A stretch of DNA of 42,820 bases from Welwitschia mirabilis (taxonomy: Eukaryota), in assembly GCA_051453625.1 (NCBI GenBank), contig JBOZIK010000001.1, forward strand, positions 11,305,569 through 11,348,388. The letters are read 5' to 3'. The position numbers and the translations under genes are program-made. Within the stretch, counting starts at the first letter, position 1; the number at the start of each line of letters is the position of its first letter. The notes under the pieces are model-generated. The model was not told the DNA's origin and ran no database searches. It saw only the letters and a program-made list of their open reading frames with translations. Shown here piece after piece: positions 36,576 through 42,820 of the stretch.

Positions 36576-38800
36576 GTGGAACTATTGGCTAAGTACGACT
36601 TCAACCTCAAGTCTACACAAGAAAAGAAAATAAGGTTGCAGATGCACTTAGCCGAATGTGGTTCATGATGGTCTGCTCTATGAACTCAAAAATGACGAAA
36701 GAAATCAAGAGCAAATCTCGTGGGATGGAATATTAGACAGAATTGGAAACAACTTACTACAAGGCGAAGAAGTACATGCATATCATATATCCGCTGATGA
36801 TCTATAATTGAAGGAGATATAGGTTTGCATCCCAAAAGGTCCATGGCGACAACTCCTCGTACAAAAGGCACATGAGGTCTCCTATGCAGGACATCCTATG
36901 TTTGCTAAAACTTGTCACTTTAAGACAACGATATTATTAGCAAAAAATGTAAGTCACACATCAAAGTTTTGTTAAAAAATGCCCAGTTTGTTAGAGAATT
37001 AAATTGGAACAATAGAGGCCAACAAGATTCTCAAGCCACTCAGAGCACCATCATGGAAATGGGATGAAATCACACTAGACTTCATTGCAAGGATACCAAA
37101 GAGAGTTACAAACATGATGCCATCTTCATGTAAGTCGACATGTTAATGAAACACACTTTATTCTAACAAAATCCATAGTGACAGCAAAAGAGGTTGCCAA
37201 GTAATTCGTAAGGAGAGTGTTTAAATTGCATGGGATGCCAAAGGTAATCGTTTCTGATCACAATCCCAAATTTCTGTCTACCTTTTAGCAAGAATCTTTA
37301 AACACTTAGGAATGCAGATACTCTTTAGTACAACATTCCATCCTGAAACTAATTCTCAAATGGAACAAGACAACCGCATCTTGGAAGATATCCTTTGGAG
37401 CTATGTTGCTAGCAAATCAACCAGATGGGAGGACTACCTTCACTTGGTTGAATTTGCCTACAATCAAAAGTATCAATCTTTCTATTAAATGCTCCCCTTT
37501 TGAAGCCATATACAGAAAAAGTTGTGCCACTCCAATTACATGGACAGATCCACAACCCAACGAGAGGAAGGACAACAAGCAGGAGTTGAAGGAATGGAGA
37601 GAACCATCAAGAAAATTTAGAAACAANNNNNNNNNNNNNNNNNNNNNNNNNNNNNNNNNNNNNNNNNNNNNNNNNNNNNNNNNNNNNNNNNNNNNNNNNN
37701 NNNNNNNNNNNNNNNNNNNNNNNNNNNNNNNNNNNNNNNNNNNNNNNNNNNNNNNNNNNNNNNNNNNNNNNNNNNNNNNNNNNNNNNNNNNNNNNNNNNN
37801 NNNNNNNNNNNNNNNNNNNNNNNNNNNNNNNNNNNNNNNNNNNNNNNNNNNNNNNNNNNNNNNNNNNNNNNNNNNNNNNNNNNNNNNNNNNNNNNNNNNN
37901 NNNNNNNNNNNNNNNNNNNNNNNNNNNNNNNNNNNNNNNNNNNNNNNNNNNNNNNNNNNNNNNNNNNNNNNNNNNNNNNNNNNNNNNNNNNNNNNNNNNN
38001 NNNNNNNNNNNNNNNNNNNNNNNNNNNNNNNNNNNNNNNNNNNNNNNNNNNNNNNNNNNNNNNNNNNNNNNNNNNNNNNNNNNNNNNNNNNNNNNNNNNN
38101 NNNNNNNNNNNNNNNNNNNNNNNNNNNNNNNNNNNNNNNNNNNNNNNNNNNNNNNNNNNNNNNNNNNNNNNNNNNNNNNNNNNNNNNNNNNNNNNNNNNN
38201 NNNNNNTTTATACAAAAACTGTTCCCATCAGATTTTTCAAGTGGGAGATCAGGTGCTGCTCAGAGTTAAGCCAGACAGGACATCTCTGAAATCGGGAAAA
38301 TATGGCAAATTGGCCCCTTGGTTTTGCAGACCATTTTCCATGATCCAAAGAATTGGCGAATTAGCCTACAAGCTTAATCTTCCTGACAAATGCTCGTGAG
38401 TACATCTAGTTTTTCACATTAGCCTTCTTAAGCCCTTTGACTACGGAAAATCTGATAACTATACTATTGACAGGAAAAACCTTCTGATAAAATTTAACCT
38501 CATTTTTATGATCAAACTAGGTAAGATTAAAGACAGAAGGGAGAGGAAACTAAAGGATAAGACCAGCAAAGAAGTGTTAATTAAATGGTCCCATTGTGAT
38601 TTGCATAGCTGGGAAAGAGAAGAATTTGTAAAAGAAAGTTACCATGAATTGTTTATTAATGAGGCTAAACATTAACTCGTTAATTCTCTATGTAGAGAAG
38701 CCCAATGAACATTAAAAACATAAGAGGGGACAGCAAGATGCAGAAGAAATCTCCATAGAGAAAAAGCCATTTGAGGACAAAAAACAAGCCTTGGGGGGAA
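36576..38800 (+). pseudogene. Ty3/gypsy (chromovirus) pol 3' part: RNase H end, integrase, chromodomain and putative PPT
   Basis: Resumes VELLAKYDF...NKVADALSR; KWDEITLDFI, HGMPKVIVSDHNPKF, STTFHPET; GDQVLL, KLAPWFCRPF...AYKLNLP, VFHISLLK; chromodomain-like KEVLIKW...SWE; GGGGGGAAAG near 38793. Confidence 0.88.
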
Positions 38801-41360
38801 AGTTTGGTCCATTTCCTAAGAAAGAAGAAGCCATCTAACATTGTACTTAGTTAACTTTTGTTTGTTAAATTTCATAATAATGATTATTTTATAAAGAGTC
38901 ATTCAAAGGGTACAACCCTTGCAGAATCTATTTGTAACCATTATCAAAGGGTACGATCCTCGTGAAATGACTTTATAACCTTTCACCACTATTAAAACAA
39001 GGCAATGGAAGAGGGTAAGGCACGCATGTGATTTGCATGGATATGCTGAGCCCCCAGTGGCTTCATAAACTGGACCTAGAAAGCAGTATGGACTAGCCAG
39101 TCCACTGTACCAAAGTTTGTGTTTTAACATAGGAAAGTGTTGGAGATATTTTGATCAATAATCAAAAGTCATTATTCTTCTTCCAAGGTTGTCTCCATTG
39201 GATTATTCGTATCTTTAAAGCTACTCGGCGCTACAAGGATTTACATTCAACGACAATTTCCTCTTAAATTTTAAAGAGTATTTTGCTAGAGGATTTTGGA
39301 TCCTCGGAGCTATCCCATCCACTCTAGCTCTTCTTAGTTTTGTGTTTCCAATATGTACCACTTCTTCACCGATTTTTCCTATGGCTTTTGTGTCTCCAAG
39401 CCTCTCCCTCTTCTCTCTATCACCATCCATAATTGTCACTACCATGTCTAGGCATAGGCCTATAAGACCTTCTTCTCCTAACTCAAGTATGTAGGCTTTT
39501 GAGAATCCAAGTACTCTTGAAAGTGAATTACCTACTATTACTATTAATCCCAAAGAATCCACACCTAATATACCTCGCCCTTGAACCCACCCCTATTTAG
39601 CATGTGGTTTTNNNNNNNNNNACCTTTTGTTTCATCTATGCCTACTACTTCTACTCCTCCCACCAACTCCTCAAAGACATTGTACAAGGGGCATAACTAA
39701 TCTTGAAACAGGCTATTGTATGTTGTTGAGTTGACATCTTTTTAATAAAAAGAAACATATATTCCAAAAATAATTTTAATCCCCTTCTTAAAATATCAAC
39801 TTGGATTATTCCATGTGGTTAATATTGTGTTGGCCACCATGGCTTTGATAGGATTTATAATGCCACACTTGCCTCAAAGGAAAACTTCAATGATGTAAAT
39901 GTCAACAACTAATTTATATCATCAGCCTAANNNNNNNNNNNNNNNNNNNNNNNNNNNNNNNNNNNNNNNNNNNNNNNNNNNNNNNNNNNNNNNNNNNNNN
40001 NNNNNNNNNNNNNNNNNNNNNNNNNNNNNNNNNNNNNNNNNNNNNNNNNNNNNNNNNNNNNNNNNNNNNNNNNNNNNNNNNNNNNNNNNNNNNNNNNNNN
40101 NNNNNNNNNNNNNNNNNNNNNNNNNNNNNNNNNNNNNNNNNNNNNNNNNNNNNNNNNNNNNNNNNNNNNNNNNNNNNNNNNNNNNNNNNNNNNNNNNNNN
40201 NNNNNNNNNNNNNNNNNNNNNNNNNNNNNNNNNNNNNNNNNNNNNNNNNNNNNNNNNNNNNNNNNNNNNNNNNNNNNNNNNNNNNNNNNNNNNNNNNNNN
40301 NNNNNNNNNNNNNNNNNNNNNNNNNNNNNNNNNNNNNNNNNNNNNNNNNNNNNNNNNNNNNNNNNNNNNNNNNNNNNNNNNNNNNNNNNNNNNNNNNNNN
40401 NNNNNNNNNNNNNNNNNNNNNNNNNNNNNNNNNNNNNNNNNNNNNNNNNNNNNNNNNNNNNNNNNNNNNNNNNNNNNNNNNNNNNNNNNNNNNNNNNNNN
40501 NNNNNNNNNNNNNNNNNNNNNNNNNNNNNNNNNNNNNNNNNNNNNNNNNNNNNNNNNNNNNNNNNNNNNNNNNNNNNNNNNNNNNNNNNNNNNNNNNNNN
40601 NNNNNNNNNNNNNNNNNNNNNNNNNNNNNNNNNNNNNNNNNNNNNNNNNNNNNNNNNNNNNNNNNNNNNNNNNNNNNNNNNNNNNNNNNNNNNNNNNNNN
40701 NNNNNNNNNNNNNNNNNNNNNNNNNNNNNNNNNNNNNNNNNNNNNNNNNNNNNNNNNNNNNNNNNNNNNNNNTAAATGAGTTTGAATCAAATTATAACAT
40801 AAATGCCCTAAATCTACCCCTCACAATTCCTTTTATTCTTCCTTTTTTGTTCCCCGCATGCAACATTTTAAGTTGTGACATGTTGCCGACTTACTCATGA
40901 CAAAATTTCACCAATTTTTTGAAATAAGGGTGGAAAATGTCAACCCACAAAAGATATCTCGTTAGAAACAATATGAAACCATAGAAAATGAGCACATCAG
41001 TGACAAAATAGCTTGATTTGTTTGTCATTCAAAGGCCTTAAAGAATCTATAGGCTGGTTCTTATGGGCCCAAGCCAAGCAAGCTATGGCACTAGAGGATA
41101 ACCTCTTCGAAAGAGAAAGGATCTTGTCAAAGAGCATTATCTAAGTTATCATAAAATCACAAATTTGACTTTTCCTAACAAAAGGTTAGTGGGACACTGA
41201 GGTAGTTTTAGCGTTATGTATCAGTCAAATACACCAAAGGAGGGTTGACATACTGATGCAATAAGCAAGCCTTTTTGCCTTAGTATGTAGCGAATGACAA
41301 GATGAAGAGGGGCGTCATTGATTGTAGGATCATCCCATGAATATAGAGGCGAGGTATGAT

Positions 41361-41838
41361 TGTTAATATGTGAAGTTAAATTTATTACTTTTCCTTTTGA
41401 AGATTGTCTTTAAATTGACCCCATTATTTAATTGTAAAAGGTAGCTATATTATAAAGTTAAGTTGCAAGTATTTCTAATCTTATGTTTTAGTCAAGAAGA
41501 TAGTCAAGGGGAAATATAAGAGATTATAAAGGGTTCTATTGATCTGTGAAGCCACATATATTATTTATGTTGTAATGTCATGTTTTAACATTGACCCCTA
41601 TTTGAAGTTGTAAAAGGGGATTGGCTTGTAACCCTGACCCTAAGGCTATATAAAACTGTTAGAGGGTTGTTTGTTGGATCTGAACACATTTGCTCCTAAT
41701 CAATCAATACAGCTTTGCATTGCTTCTCGTAGACATAGGGTAAAAAAAGCCTGAACCACATAAATTTTGTGTTGTTCCTTTTGTGTGCCTGTTGTTCCAT
41801 TTTGTTTCAGCACTTTCTTGTTGTTAGATTTCTAACCA
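41361..41838 (+). repeat. 5' LTR of a Ty1/copia element
   Basis: TGTTAA start, CTATATAAAA TATA box near 41646, ends near TCTAACCA just before the decayed PBS TAGTATCAGACC. Confidence 0.65.
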
Positions 41839-42820
41839 GTAGTATCAGACCGAGATTCGAAGTACTTTCCGTTCGGAGTGGAACAGGTCATGAGTGAACA
41901 ACGCAAAGGGCATTTCCGTGAGTGAAGCGAGCGGGTTGCAAGCATAGCGAGCCCTTTTGCAAAGCGCGTGTAGCACGTGAGTGAAATATTTCTTAGCAAG
42001 TCCAAATCGAAGTGCTAGGTTTTCAAATGGAGCATTTGCAAACAACAGACAGACTTCCGGGCCCAGAAAACTAGGGTGTGTTGAAAATCTTGATGGAAGA
42101 CACTCTGCAGCAACAGGGATGTAAAGTTGCTATAAAGATGAAAGCACGAGCAAAGGTAGATCTGAAGATGGACGATACGGCGTGGTTAGCCTTCATGCCT
42201 TGTGTTTCATTCGCCCTATCTCAGCAATAGCATTTTGAAGGCTCATTCAAGAGTTCTAACTACGCAGAAACCGTTACAAAAGTTGGAAGACCGGTATGAT
42301 CAACCTTCTATGATAAATCGGTATGTGGTCCTTAGCCAAGCTTTTACTACAAAAATGAAGGAAGGAACAAAATTTTTGAGTCATTTGGATAAGATGCAAA
42401 GCATATTTTCACAAATCGATGATCTTGGGACCACACTTACGGAGGAGACATGCATTATCGCTATTCTGATTTCATTGCCTTAGAGCTGGTCGATTATTAT
42501 AACTCTGATTCTAGTGTTTGCTGGTAAGAATANNNNNNNNNNTGAATAACTTATTGGATATTAAAAAGGATAACGCAGTTGGTTCATCTAGCAGTGAGAA
42601 ACAAGGAGAGGCTTTGGCAACTCATAGAAGACATTCGCCATCTAGGGGAGGACATGGTAAAAGCAAGAGCACAGCTAGATTCCAATGTCTGCCATTATTG
42701 TAAGAAGAAAGGGCATATGATAAACGATTGCTGGAAGCTTAAAGCAAACGTAAGAAGAGGGATGAAAAGAACAAGGACGCTTCCGGTTCTGCTCCACCTT
42801 CGGATAGTGAAACTAACATT
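41361..42820 (+). mobile_element. Ty1/copia (Tnt1/Tork-like) element, 5' end with degenerate gag, continuing past the window
   Basis: LTR, PBS, gag (KLEDRY...KMKEG...HLDKM...ILISLP*SW) and zinc knuckle CHYCKKKGHMINDCWKLK near 42690. Confidence 0.85.

Noticed and set aside
38800..39930. Possible gypsy 3' LTR or copia linker remnants
   Set aside because: No clear TG...CA boundaries or convincing protein motifs, and no partner LTR is visible.
21507..40900. Long ORFs in the supplied track made mostly of X
   Set aside because: Artefacts of translating through N gaps.

Overview
Plant nuclear DNA from a gapped draft assembly, dominated by decayed and nested transposons. Only the 3' ends of two convergent host genes are visible. 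One is a + strand histidine acid phosphatase (MINPP1-like; last two exons 20581-20622 and 20699-20875). The other is a - strand EamA/SLC35F5(THI74)-like transporter (last exon 27803-27505). I recognised no upstream exon of either gene, so most of 1-20580 and 27804-42820 probably lies in two very large TE-filled introns. The left part holds three TSD-bounded LTR remnants, a near full-length Sirevirus (SIRE/Maximus Ty1/copia with env-like ORF, three LTR copies and a younger related LTR nested in the middle one), two L1 LINE 3' ends and an internally inverted copia remnant. The right part holds a chromodomain Ty3/gypsy pol split by a 7.6 kb intron-rich DUF659/BED hAT transposon (TIRs and 8-bp TSD visible), and the 5' end of another copia element. 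I found no clear new biological system. The best leads are the intron-rich hAT, the three-LTR Sirevirus with its palindromic arrays, and the H3-tail-like start of the env-like ORF. Family calls come from recognising motifs by eye, not from database searches.
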